Virus record (IMG/VR): IMGVR_UViG_3300027985_000891
Span: 60,899-124,898 of that record
DNA length: 64,000 bases
Strand: one strand, 5' to 3'
From: a virus
Each line of letters starts with the position of its first letter. Positions within the stretch are counted from its first letter, which is position 1. Of this stretch, positions 52,443 to 62,885 are shown piece after piece. The notes below the pieces were generated by a model. It was not told the DNA's origin, searched no databases, and saw only the letters and a program-made list of their open reading frames with translations. The position numbers and the translations under genes are program-made.

Positions 52443-53705
52443 ATGGGTAAAAAACAGAAGCAATCAAAAGATGACGGCATGATTCAATTTGATATCGATG
52501 CTGCAAAAGGTATTGTTAAGTATCTGATTCAGAACAACAGAGACAATGCAAAGAAAGGTATCAAGAAGAAGGTAGCCGTTGAGTTAATAGGTGATGCCGG
52601 TCTAGGTAAGACTAGTGCATTACTCCAGGTCGCCGATGAAATGAACATGGAGATGTGTAAGATAAATCTGGCACAGATTGAGGAGATAGGTGACATCGTA
52701 GGTTTTCCGGAAAAGAAACACTTCATTCATCGTAAGAATGATGAAGGTAAAATCGAAGAGAAGTGTATCAGTGAACCTCAGTTACCTGCATGGTTTGCTG
52801 CAGGTTGGGAGCCAATGGATAAAGATCCGGTAATGAGTTATGCTGCACCGGAATGGATTTCTAATCGTGGTCCATCAGGTATCCTCTTATTGGATGACTG
52901 GACTCGAGCAGATCAAAGATTCATTCAGGCAGTCATGGACTTAATTGACCGGGGTGAATACATTTCCTGGACACTGCCGCATGACTGGCATATTGTGTTG
53001 ACATCTAACCCAGCTAACGGTGAGTATATCGTTAATGAAACAGATGATGCACAAGCTACCAGATTTCTATCGATGGGCATCAAATACAACGAGAAGATCT
53101 GGGCAGAATGGGCTGAACATAATCACATTGATTCAAGATGCATTAACTTCATGCTCTTTAATCCAGAGGTGGTAACAGGTGCCAAGGATAAGGATAACAA
53201 CCAGCGAATACCTGCCAATCCAAGACAGTGGGTGAATTTCTTTCATACTATTAACAATCTTGATGACTATCAACAAAAAGATAACCTGCGAAGGATCGAA
53301 ACGTTGGGTCAGATGGCATTAGGTAATGAGTTGATCACCATGTTCCTTGCCTTTATTCATAATAACATGGATAAGTTACCGGACCCAGAGTTTATGATCA
53401 AAGAACCTTCTCTTGATAAAGTATTGTTTCAGATCAAAGACTGTGTAGGTACCGGTGCGAAGTACAGAAATGATATAGGTAGTGTATTATCGATTCGATT
53501 TGCTAACTATCTAATCAAGTATGCAGATGAGAATCCTGTGACTAGTAGAGTCATAGACAGGGTTCATGATATTATTGTTAACGAAGTATTTGGTGCTGAT
53601 TTAAGTTATACAATTGCCAAAAAGGTATACTTTAAACACAGGCAGAAGTTTGTATCTTTAATTAGTAAGCCAACCTTCATGAAGTATATAACAGTAACTC
53701 AATGA
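52443..53705 (+). CDS. MoxR-like AAA+ ATPase
   Basis: GDAGLGKT, LLLDD, LTSNP, AQATRF and NPRQW; paired with the VWA gene. Confidence 0.85.
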   Translation: MGKKQKQSKDDGMIQFDIDAAKGIVKYLIQNNRDNAKKGIKKKVAVELIGDAGLGKTSALLQVADEMNMEMCKINLAQIEEIGDIVGFPEKKHFIHRKNDEGKIEEKCISEPQLPAWFAAGWEPMDKDPVMSYAAPEWISNRGPSGILLLDDWTRADQRFIQAVMDLIDRGEYISWTLPHDWHIVLTSNPANGEYIVNETDDAQATRFLSMGIKYNEKIWAEWAEHNHIDSRCINFMLFNPEVVTGAKDKDNNQRIPANPRQWVNFFHTINNLDDYQQKDNLRRIETLGQMALGNELITMFLAFIHNNMDKLPDPEFMIKEPSLDKVLFQIKDCVGTGAKYRNDIGSVLSIRFANYLIKYADENPVTSRVIDRVHDIIVNEVFGADLSYTIAKKVYFKHRQKFVSLISKPTFMKYITVTQ

Positions 53706-54889
53706 GAACTATTAAATGTTTTGATGTTAATAGTACATATGGGGCGTCTATTGTGACGCCTCTTTTTATTTGGCCTGACCAATACGAACGCATCATGTCT
53801 TTTAACGTAGGTACTGTCTCCAAATTGAAAGAAGGAGATAAAGTATTTTTTCCTAATCATATTGATTACCCGAGAGTTAAGTTTCGCCAGTGGGCAGAAG
53901 AAAGAGGCATTGCTATTGCCAAGTTTCCTAAGAATGCTAACGTTACTATCGTTGATACAGATGTAATGGATAATATACTCAAGTCCATAAAGAAAGTAAC
54001 GATTCATAAACGAGCTATCAATGCTATTGATATGCCTATGGTATATAGCGATTACTATGAATCATTTACAGATCAAACTATTTACTGGATAGGAACCCTT
54101 GATGGAGCGTATGCTGCTTCTGGAAGACATTATCCCAAACTTGAACCGGATGTATCAGTAGAACTATACATGCTCTATGATCCTTTAGTTAAAGATGAGA
54201 AAGCTCTTGAGCAGTTCGATCTATTGATCAACAAATACATCTCTTCGAAAGAGATGAATGTCATATCCTGGTCTGATTTTTATACTCAAGTATCCAGTGA
54301 TCTCAAACTGACTCCAGAAAACTTTTGGAACATTCATGCGATGTTATGCAGTGAAGACCATGAGACAAGGGAATTAGGAGTAGAAATGATGACAAACTTT
54401 GACCCTAGTCATTCTGTTTTTCTATTTGATCTGCTTTTCTTATTAAGAAACACTACAATCAGATCGTCTATAACTTACAACAAGGTCACTTTTAAACCAT
54501 TACGTAACATGTTAGGTAATTTGTACACAGACAATAGTCGTTATGGTAATGACTATGATTATCAAAGTGGCTACTTTTTACAAAACATATTTACATATAT
54601 GGTTAAGTGGTACAAAGAGCATAAGTTAGGTCATATGATTCCAAGTGATTTTATCAAAGATCTTTATAGAAGGATACTCGATAAAGTAGAGACACCTGCT
54701 GAAACAATCAAATGGTTACCTGGTTTAAAAGTACATAGTATTATCTTTGATTTAAATCCTGAGTATTTTCCTAATCAAGTATCTAACTATCTAAAAGATG
54801 AGCAAGAGGAACAGACAGGCGGGACATCAGTGGGAGAGGTCGTGCATGAGTTTACTGAAGAAGATCTTTCCGAATATAGTAACAAGTAG
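53702..54889 (+). CDS. Hypothetical protein coupled to the AAA+ gene, with internal M..S.D.ET motif
   Basis: 395 aa; HAMLCSEDHETRELGVEMM. Confidence 0.65.
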   Translation: MRTIKCFDVNSTYGASIVTPLFIWPDQYERIMSFNVGTVSKLKEGDKVFFPNHIDYPRVKFRQWAEERGIAIAKFPKNANVTIVDTDVMDNILKSIKKVTIHKRAINAIDMPMVYSDYYESFTDQTIYWIGTLDGAYAASGRHYPKLEPDVSVELYMLYDPLVKDEKALEQFDLLINKYISSKEMNVISWSDFYTQVSSDLKLTPENFWNIHAMLCSEDHETRELGVEMMTNFDPSHSVFLFDLLFLLRNTTIRSSITYNKVTFKPLRNMLGNLYTDNSRYGNDYDYQSGYFLQNIFTYMVKWYKEHKLGHMIPSDFIKDLYRRILDKVETPAETIKWLPGLKVHSIIFDLNPEYFPNQVSNYLKDEQEEQTGGTSVGEVVHEFTEEDLSEYSNK

Positions 54890-55169
54890 ATCCGAGTCCA
54901 GATCACGAGATAATATGAAGGTGGATCTGATGAATAAGGATGAACATATATATGGTCAGCTCCCTCTTCACTTTCAATGTAAGACTTTAAGTAAAGGAGC
55001 TAATTACCATAAGCTGCTATCTGAGATGCCGACACCTGGGTGTATTTTACATAAGCTTACCTCTAAATCAGAAGGAGGTAAGTTTATGCCCCAGGGAGAG
55101 TATGCGATCATGCATGTAGAAACACTTCTTAATCTTTTATACAAAGCTTATGGAGAGAAAGAAGATTGA
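54798..55169 (+). CDS. PD-(D/E)XK Holliday-junction resolvase-like nuclease
   Basis: NRQAGHQWER, VDL and QCK. Confidence 0.7.
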   Translation: MSKRNRQAGHQWERSCMSLLKKIFPNIVTSRSESRSRDNMKVDLMNKDEHIYGQLPLHFQCKTLSKGANYHKLLSEMPTPGCILHKLTSKSEGGKFMPQGEYAIMHVETLLNLLYKAYGEKED

Positions 55170-55530
55170 ATTATCAAGAGTATATGATGTATCCTATCTC
55201 AGTAACCATATATTTATAAGAAACCTTGCTCGAAACGATTCTTTTCATTATCACATCATAAAAAAATATCCTATGTATTTATTACTTGCTAATCCTGAGA
55301 CCTTTGAAGTACATCAAGTTCAAGAAAACAAACAAGATTATAATGAGTTCACAACAATAGTTCAACTCAAACCTCCACCCAATAGTGGTAAGGATGTATT
55401 TCATATCACTGAACTTACTACCATTGAAGGTCTTAACTTCGAACAGATCATGAATATGATGTACTCCGAAGATGAAGAAACCAAAACTTTAGTAGAAGAT
55501 ATTCTACTTAACTATCAGAAACAAGATTAA
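55150..55530 (+). CDS. Hypothetical protein with C-terminal M..S.D.ET motif
   Basis: MNMMYSEDEETKTLVEDIL. Confidence 0.6.
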   Translation: MERKKIELSRVYDVSYLSNHIFIRNLARNDSFHYHIIKKYPMYLLLANPETFEVHQVQENKQDYNEFTTIVQLKPPPNSGKDVFHITELTTIEGLNFEQIMNMMYSEDEETKTLVEDILLNYQKQD

Positions 55531-56147
55531 TGCTATTAGAACAGGTATGGTCATCCACCAATGCAAGTACGCTATTGGTATTACCACTGTTTAATGATTT
55601 AACTGCAGGCATCAAGACAAAAACAGAACCGCAAGTAGGTTTTCCATTTATTCTACTTGCGTATGAGTATGGGCTACAACGTGCCTATGTATTCCGTAAA
55701 GAAGATCCGAAGTTCCATGTTTTATATTTAGTTTTCAATATGTTAGTGTTAGAAGACTTAGGATATACGAGTAGTCCATACTATTCTTTGAATGAACTAA
55801 TTGTTGACTCTAATGTTTGTATAGATGTTGAACATATCAACGAAAAAGTTCTTTACTCTTTACAGATACCTGCCCAGTTTCTACCAGACATTGAACTGAT
55901 TATCCAAGGAAAGTATAGTGCTGTCAGTTTACAATATAAAGAGGCAGTACGTATCAAATATAAAGTAGTCCCGAAGTGGAAAAACTTATTAGGTTTCTAC
56001 TTATGCCAGGAGAATATGGCATTTGCAGTAGTCAATAAGTCAGACCGGCTTCGACTGGACATCGAAAAACATATCGGTGCTTCTGTAAGTAAGACTCAGG
56101 AGTATTACGAAGTCTTCTCTACCATAAAGGAGACATGTTTTATTTAA
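55530..56147 (+). CDS. Conserved hypothetical phage protein
   Basis: 205 aa with DIELIIQGKYS motif; terminator at about 56159-56191. Confidence 0.6.
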   Translation: MLLEQVWSSTNASTLLVLPLFNDLTAGIKTKTEPQVGFPFILLAYEYGLQRAYVFRKEDPKFHVLYLVFNMLVLEDLGYTSSPYYSLNELIVDSNVCIDVEHINEKVLYSLQIPAQFLPDIELIIQGKYSAVSLQYKEAVRIKYKVVPKWKNLLGFYLCQENMAFAVVNKSDRLRLDIEKHIGASVSKTQEYYEVFSTIKETCFI

Positions 56148-56229
56148 GTTAGTAAGTGAGGGAAGATCCATACGGGTCTTCCTTTTTTTTTATCAGTGTT
56201 TTGCTTATTTTGTAGGCAAAATATGTATT

Positions 56230-56577
56230 ATGATTCAAGTAAATAATGTTCAACTGAAACACAACGGTTTACTTACCGACAACACTACCAAACTTACACT
56301 CTATCTTCCGGAATGTACTGAAGAACAGGATGTGGAACTCATTAAGATGTCTAAGAAAAGAACAGTAGGCATCATCATTGTAGATCCTGACATGCTTTCT
56401 GATATACAAGAGCTTATAGCACAGATGAAAGATTTGTTACCTGAAAAAGAAGTACTACCGGAGCCTATCGAACGTCACAAATATGAGGAATGTGTGGATC
56501 CTCTTCCCTTATTTACACAGATGGCTCGAGGAGAATTACAATCATATGCACCTGAAGTCGATGAAGAGCAATTTTGA
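56230..56577 (+). CDS. Hypothetical protein
   Basis: 115-aa ORF. Confidence 0.5.
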   Translation: MIQVNNVQLKHNGLLTDNTTKLTLYLPECTEEQDVELIKMSKKRTVGIIIVDPDMLSDIQELIAQMKDLLPEKEVLPEPIERHKYEECVDPLPLFTQMARGELQSYAPEVDEEQF

Positions 56578-56812
56578 TCCTATGCTCTCACGTCTGGAGA
56601 CCTTCAACATTATATCTTCAGATGTTCGTAGTCAACTCGAGGAGATGATTAAGAGCGACGACATGGAAACATATGTAATGGCTCGGGATTTTATTGTCAC
56701 GCATTACTATGATACTATGAGTGATGAACGTAAAGACCATTCCTATAATATTATTACAGACGTAGAAAAGTTTAAACGTGCACTACAAAAAGGTGTACCT
56801 GTCATCCCTTAA
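56483..56812 (+). CDS. Hypothetical protein with M..S.D.ET motif
   Basis: EEMIKSDDMETYVMARDFI; true start probably further downstream. Confidence 0.55.
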   Translation: MRNVWILFPYLHRWLEENYNHMHLKSMKSNFDPMLSRLETFNIISSDVRSQLEEMIKSDDMETYVMARDFIVTHYYDTMSDERKDHSYNIITDVEKFKRALQKGVPVIP

Positions 56813-57080
56813 CTTCGATGAGGAGGATTTTATTCCTTGCGAAGTTTGCAGGTCAAGAGCAGTTGATATACATCATATCGATTGCCGCGGTATGGGAGGT
56901 AGTAAGCTAAAAGATTACATAGAAAACTTAATGGCACTGTGTAGAGCATGCCATAATGAATATGGAGATAAGAAACAGTACATGACTTATCTTCTGGAAA
57001 TCCATTTAACTTATTTAGTTACCAAAAAAGTTATATCCAATGCCGACAAGCACTCAATACTTCAAGAGCGAAACGCTTAA
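56778..57080 (+). CDS. HNH endonuclease-like protein
   Basis: CEVC, DIHH and NLMALCRACH. Confidence 0.8.
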   Translation: MHYKKVYLSSLNFDEEDFIPCEVCRSRAVDIHHIDCRGMGGSKLKDYIENLMALCRACHNEYGDKKQYMTYLLEIHLTYLVTKKVISNADKHSILQERNA

Positions 57081-57678
57081 GTTCTTTACAAAATACATTA
57101 CTAGTGATGACCTTATTCTGGACGTAGGATGTGGAACAGGAACCTATTCTGATTTACTCCGTCCAATGGGGTACAATAACATACATGGTGTAGAAGTATT
57201 TCCGGACTACATCGCTAATTATTCTCTCAAGGATAAATATGATAGACTTTATCATGATAATATACTAGAGCTTCCTTCTTCTATTTTAACTATTTATGAT
57301 GTAGTAATCATGGGGGATGTATGGGAGCATTTATCTAAACCTGATGCTGATAAACTATACAAATCATTCATGAGGCATCAGACTGTGATTATTGCAGTAC
57401 CGTTTAATGCACCCCAGGGAGAGCACTTCGGTAATAAGTATGAAATACATCTCCAGCCTGAACTAACTCATGATAAAATGATGGAGTATTATCCGGATCT
57501 TATTCCCTTGTGTCTACGATATGACTACGGTGTGTATATCAAGACAGCCAAACAACTATTTGAACCTCTCTATGTATTACATTTGGGAGGTGAGATGTTG
57601 AACCGATTATTAGATGAAGGTAAAACATTAGTCAAAGCCAAACATGAGTATAAAAGCGCGTCTCCTACAGATTGGTAA
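57040..57678 (+). CDS. Class I SAM-dependent methyltransferase
   Basis: ILDVGCGTG and GDVWEHL. Confidence 0.8.
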   Translation: MPTSTQYFKSETLKFFTKYITSDDLILDVGCGTGTYSDLLRPMGYNNIHGVEVFPDYIANYSLKDKYDRLYHDNILELPSSILTIYDVVIMGDVWEHLSKPDADKLYKSFMRHQTVIIAVPFNAPQGEHFGNKYEIHLQPELTHDKMMEYYPDLIPLCLRYDYGVYIKTAKQLFEPLYVLHLGGEMLNRLLDEGKTLVKAKHEYKSASPTDW

Positions 57679-58264
57679 GCTCATTGATGAAGCTCTTAAG
57701 GAGCTGGAAGAAGAGCGAATACAAAACTACTACACAGTATACATCAATATTAACACAAAGACTAACTCACGGATCAGTAATCTGTCCATGAGTATGCGTG
57801 GCAACTATGATGTGATTCTCTCCCTGGGGTCTTCGAGAGAAGTAATCCTGGACACTACAGAGTTCTGGGAAAAAGTATACAAACAAGCCCTAGCTGATAA
57901 GAAGTACACCGATGTACATATCTACAGCAAACCATTGAAAGTATCAAGGAAGGAAGTTAATATGGAGACATTCATCCTAGTAACTAACCCGGAGTTTCCC
58001 TGGAAGGACATGCCGATACCAGTACTGAGTCTTAATCATAGAGCTATAACTACAAAGAGCAGAAGATTTGTACCTAACGGATGGGAAAGATGTCTGTATG
58101 CCGGTAGTTGTATACCCTTTGAAGACCTGGTATTTCTACTTGAACACATCTCATCTCTTGATGGCTTTCATTTCAGAGGATCAAACTATACAGACACACA
58201 ATGGAGATATCTTACTGATTTATTAAATAACTTTAAAGTCAAGAACCCAATATGGACACAATGA
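57644..58264 (+). CDS. Hypothetical protein
   Basis: 206-aa ORF. Confidence 0.5.
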   Translation: MSIKARLLQIGKLIDEALKELEEERIQNYYTVYININTKTNSRISNLSMSMRGNYDVILSLGSSREVILDTTEFWEKVYKQALADKKYTDVHIYSKPLKVSRKEVNMETFILVTNPEFPWKDMPIPVLSLNHRAITTKSRRFVPNGWERCLYAGSCIPFEDLVFLLEHISSLDGFHFRGSNYTDTQWRYLTDLLNNFKVKNPIWTQ

Positions 58265-58797
58265 GGCTAGAAGAATATAAGCATATTTTTGATGAGACAG
58301 CAGTTTATCCAGCAAGAGTAGACAAATTTGATTTGTGCTATCTGTATCTGGGCTTAATAGATGAGCTCCATGAACTTTATGATGCAATAAAGGTAGGACA
58401 TCCTATTAGAGTACTGGACGAAGCTGGTGATGTTTTCTGGTATACAAATGGTATTGATATTGTCACTGGTATTGATAAGCTTGCTGATATGATTACCTAT
58501 GGTGCAGTTAGTAGTGGTTTTCCTACTTATACATTGCAAGGAGCCATACTTGAAGACATTAACAAATGTATCTTATCTATTACTAAGCGTGCAGGTAAGC
58601 TTAAAAAATATTATAGAGATGGTAGACCCGATATTTTTGGTGAAGTTAATCCTATTATGGAAGAAGTAATAGGTGCTTTGGAAAGAGCATTGAGCCTGTA
58701 TAATTTTTCAGTTGAAGAAGTACTTCGATATAACCATAGTAAGTTACTGGAAAGAAAGAATCAGAATACTTTACACGATATTGATCGTCATGAATAA
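58252..58797 (+). CDS. MazG-like nucleotide pyrophosphohydrolase
   Basis: LGLIDELHEL, DEAGDVFWY and N..KL..R. Confidence 0.75.
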   Translation: MDTMRLEEYKHIFDETAVYPARVDKFDLCYLYLGLIDELHELYDAIKVGHPIRVLDEAGDVFWYTNGIDIVTGIDKLADMITYGAVSSGFPTYTLQGAILEDINKCILSITKRAGKLKKYYRDGRPDIFGEVNPIMEEVIGALERALSLYNFSVEEVLRYNHSKLLERKNQNTLHDIDRHE

Positions 58798-59074
58798 TAT
58801 TTTCTGGAGAGCAATAGGAGAAATATTCAGAAAGTTTGCTGCCATTCGTAATGGCATGTACGAGAATGCTGGTATGATTATCCGTTATGAAGAGATGCAT
58901 TTTATTGCCGGCAAGTTTAAGATAACTATCATCGCAGAAGAAGTCATTGAAGACTTACAGAGCGCCATTAAGAAAGCCATAGAAGATGAAAACTATGAGC
59001 TGGCCGATCAGTTAACCAAAAGATTAAACAACATTAAAAATCAGAACGATGAAGATAGAACTGGAAGCATTTAG
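58712..59074 (+). CDS. UvrB/UvrC-motif protein
   Basis: KKAIEDENYELADQL; true start probably at MNNIF. Confidence 0.55.
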   Translation: MKKYFDITIVSYWKERIRILYTILIVMNNIFWRAIGEIFRKFAAIRNGMYENAGMIIRYEEMHFIAGKFKITIIAEEVIEDLQSAIKKAIEDENYELADQLTKRLNNIKNQNDEDRTGSI

Positions 59075-61882
59075 ATCTAAGAACGGTGAGATCATTATCG
59101 CCGATGAGATCATAGATCTTAAACCAAAGTTTTTTGTTAGTCCTACAGTATCACACAGGCGTGCAGACATGAAGTTTAAACATTTGACAGATGAAATGCC
59201 TGATGCCGACTATGAAAGAGATACTGTCACTATTGTATTCAATGGTGATACACAGGATCCTCCTAAGAAAAAAGAACTGGATATTAGTAAATTAACACCT
59301 GCAGGTACAGCACAAATTCATCCTAACTTACCACCTGCACCCGCTTTCAAGGATGAAAAGGAAGATGGTGTATTTCAACACACTGCAATTCTTTATAACA
59401 ATCGATCTTATAATCGTATCCAGTGTCCCAATCAGATTAAAGAGATGATGGCAGGAAGTGATCCGGACGCAAGCGTTATGGCTTATGACCTACTCAAACA
59501 TCACAGCCAAGAACTTGCTGGGTTTATACGCATCTAAGTTAGGGATGGATGGAGCTTTACTGCTTGTTACGAATGCTAAGATATTAAACATTCATGCATT
59601 TGAAGCATCAGTACAGCCCCTCATCCTGGGGCGTGTATTATCTAGTACCGAGCTAACAAGAACGTTCATTATTATAAACAACGATCCTCTCCGGATATCT
59701 ATGACCAGTCATGATATACAAGACTACGGTTTTATCAAATTAAATATTCCACAACAGGTTTTAGACATGCTTACTTCAGATGACGAGGAAACAGTAATCA
59801 TGGCCGCAGACTTATTTATAATACATTATGGATCCTTCATACCGGAAGACTATAAAGACTCTATTGCCAAACCGTAGTTGGCATAAGGGAGTCTTTCGTG
59901 AAGTATACTTTATAAGAAAGGTAACTTTTAACTCTATGGATCATGCAGTTTTACTTTCCTACGATAAGTATATAATATCATTTGACATGGATAAAAAAGA
60001 AAGGGCTAAAAAAGTTAGCAATACCATACTTGTGAATGTGGACTTTGAAAATAGTATACCGGGTTATGTAGTATTTAATGGCTGGCCCAGGGTATTATCC
60101 GCACTGCATTGTGATGCATCTATCTGTGAACAACTGCAATACGCTGACGAAGAGAACACGATTTTTTTAATCGATATAATTATTGCTCATGAACATTACA
60201 CTTGACGAAGAGGAAATGAAGTTATCGATTGATGACTTGAGTAACTCCTTCATGCTCATAGAATATAGTACAGCAGAATATATATTTCTTATGAGTGAAC
60301 ATAAATCCAATCCCGTGTACCATGGAGCAGGACAGTGGTTAGTTGACATACCAGGTATTATGATCTTAGAAGATGGATATTCTGAAAGTGCAACATTAAC
60401 ATTAATATCATCTCGCTCGGTTAAATATGGACAGATTCAAGATGAACCATTAAGACAAATGTTATTGTCAGATGATCAAGAAACGCGAGCAATAGGATAT
60501 GGTATTGCATCTGTTAAATACGCTTCAAAAAAATTACTATTAAACGCTCCCAAACAGGAAGGATCTTTGTATACTCAAAAATGAAAGTACTATGAAAGTA
60601 ATATACTGTCAGGCAATGCCTAGTGTCTGTTTCTTATTTAAAGAGTTAAAGGATGAAGGGAGATATGATACTGAATGTATCATGGTTACCGAAGAAACTG
60701 GTGCTGAAGAATGTAAAGTTAGTGTATCTAAAATAGATCATACATACTATGTAGTTAGAACATTTCGATCAGGATCAAGTGTAGAATATGTTAATACATG
60801 GGTAGGTAGAAATATTCACAAGAAAGTAAGCAAACAAATAATAGATATGGTACAATCATCTGATCAAGAGAGTGTTGTCTTAGGTATGGCTATGCTAAAA
60901 GAACTTATATGCTAATCTATCCTATCCAGAAAAAGATTAAAGGCAGTCATCATCATAAAGTAGAACCGAAGCTTGAACTATTAGGATATATTCTAACAGA
61001 TGAACACTATTCTAAAAAGTATATCATAGTAAGAGTTTTCCATCTAGCCATTGATTTTGCCTATGCAGATTATAGTAAAGATCATTCCGGACTGACCATA
61101 ACCAGAGTGAGAGTATTGCATTTTCCAAACGGTATGTTCTGCGATTCACTTAAAAGTGAATTAAACTTTCTAACTATATGGGACATGATTGTATCAGAAG
61201 ATATAGAAACTAAAGTAATGATCAAAGACATGCTATATGGATACTTCAAAGAACTTCGATGATCTGGTATTAACCTATATGGGTCTCTATGCTCGCTTTT
61301 ATATATTCTATACTTTTCCTCCACCTCGTTTACGATCAGATGTTTATCGAGCATTGAATGCAGTACATGATCACTTAAAAAAATTTATCAGTGAAGGCGT
61401 ATCACATCTACAAGCAGAGAAAGACAAAGGGAAGTTCCCGGCCTCTCCGTATTCTAGCAGGCGTTGGAATTATACGAGATGAACAGTTGCTCATTGTTCC
61501 TATCTTTCCTATGGAAACCCTCATCAGACGACAATCAATATCAGAAACGTGGCATCCTTATAGTAGTATAATAGAACGCTATTATGAGATTGATAAACTA
61601 TATGGATATGAAGCTCCCCGAATAATAAGGTACACAGACAACAAAAGATTAGGTACTATTCTCTACAATAATTTTACCGGTTTTCAACCCAGACGTCGAG
61701 CTACTCAGATATTACAGAACATTCAGGTTGATGTCGTTCCTATGCTTTCTTCTTTTGATATGGAAACCCGGTTACTTGCCCATGGTATTTTAGTAGAACA
61801 TATGCTAAAGCCTTTATTGAAGGATTGGCGTAAGTTCAACCTCAATCCTGTCAACAAAGTAAGTAAGAAGTACAAATCATAA
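59049..61882 (+). other. Cluster of seven coupled genes sharing a C-terminal M..S.D.E(T/S) helix motif
   Basis: ORFs at 59049, 59458, 59828, 60183, 60592, 60909 and 61391 carry the motif near their C-termini. Confidence 0.7.
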
Positions 61883-61929
61883 CTAGGGGTTTAAATAAAA
61901 TGATGTACATATCTTCGTAAAAAAAAGAT

Positions 61930-62352
61930 ATGGCGAGTTTTAATAAGTTTCAACAATTTGTCGAGGATCTGGCCAAAGGAGTTCATAATTTCACTTCGGA
62001 TGCCACCTGTTCTGTAACTGTAGCATTGACTAATAATGCCAATGCACCTGTAGCTACTAATGCTGTACTTGCTGATCTTACTGAGATAGCTTATACGAAC
62101 CTTTCATCTAGGATCATAACAGGTATCACAGCAGAACATACTACAGGTACGGTTACATTCACAGCAAACGACTTAGTGTTAACTGCTTCAGGTGCTGTGG
62201 CTACATTCAGATATGTGGTTCTCTACAATGATGATCCTACTAGCCCGGCGGATCCTTTGATTGGTTGGTATGATTATGGTTCCGACGTGACGCTGGCGAA
62301 CGGAGAAACCTTTACAATTGACTTTACTACAGGGTTTGCAACCTTAACGTAA
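61930..62352 (+). CDS. Putative virion structural protein
   Basis: MASFNKF.., FRYVVLYND and LIGWYDYG..TLANGETFTIDF resemble a common phage tail-associated family. Confidence 0.65.
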   Translation: MASFNKFQQFVEDLAKGVHNFTSDATCSVTVALTNNANAPVATNAVLADLTEIAYTNLSSRIITGITAEHTTGTVTFTANDLVLTASGAVATFRYVVLYNDDPTSPADPLIGWYDYGSDVTLANGETFTIDFTTGFATLT

Positions 62353-62885
62353 TGCTCACTATCGATAAATATGATGAGTCATATTTTGAGGGTAGAGAAG
62401 CTGAGTATGCACATAATGCAGGGTATAGTTCCTATGTAGATCAGAAGATTAATGTAGAGGAAGTAGCTAGGCGAATACATGAGCATGGTATTCTCTCTCC
62501 CAATGATCTCATTTTGGATGCCGGATGTGCATATGGTTTTGCTGTAGAAAAGTTTAGAGAACTAGGCTATGAAGCCTGGGGATGTGAAGTGTCTGACTAT
62601 GCACTTAGTCAGAGTACTTCACCATACCTGTTTAAGATGGATATCTTTGATACTCCAATAGAACCCTTCGATGTGATCTTTACATCCAGGGTACTTCCTT
62701 GTATAGAGAATATTGAAGAACTGATCCTTCATCTTAATCAAACCTATAAGAAACAGATACATGTAATAGATACATCAGGCAATGCTAAGTTCTATAACAT
62801 TCAACCTATAGAATGGTGGAGAGCATTACCGTTTCAGAATACTATCTTAATAGATAGGGGACATATGCAAAAACTATGGCAGTAA
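62352..62885 (+). CDS. Class I SAM-dependent methyltransferase
   Basis: ILDAGCAYG and GCEVSDYA. Confidence 0.8.
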   Translation: MLTIDKYDESYFEGREAEYAHNAGYSSYVDQKINVEEVARRIHEHGILSPNDLILDAGCAYGFAVEKFRELGYEAWGCEVSDYALSQSTSPYLFKMDIFDTPIEPFDVIFTSRVLPCIENIEELILHLNQTYKKQIHVIDTSGNAKFYNIQPIEWWRALPFQNTILIDRGHMQKLWQ

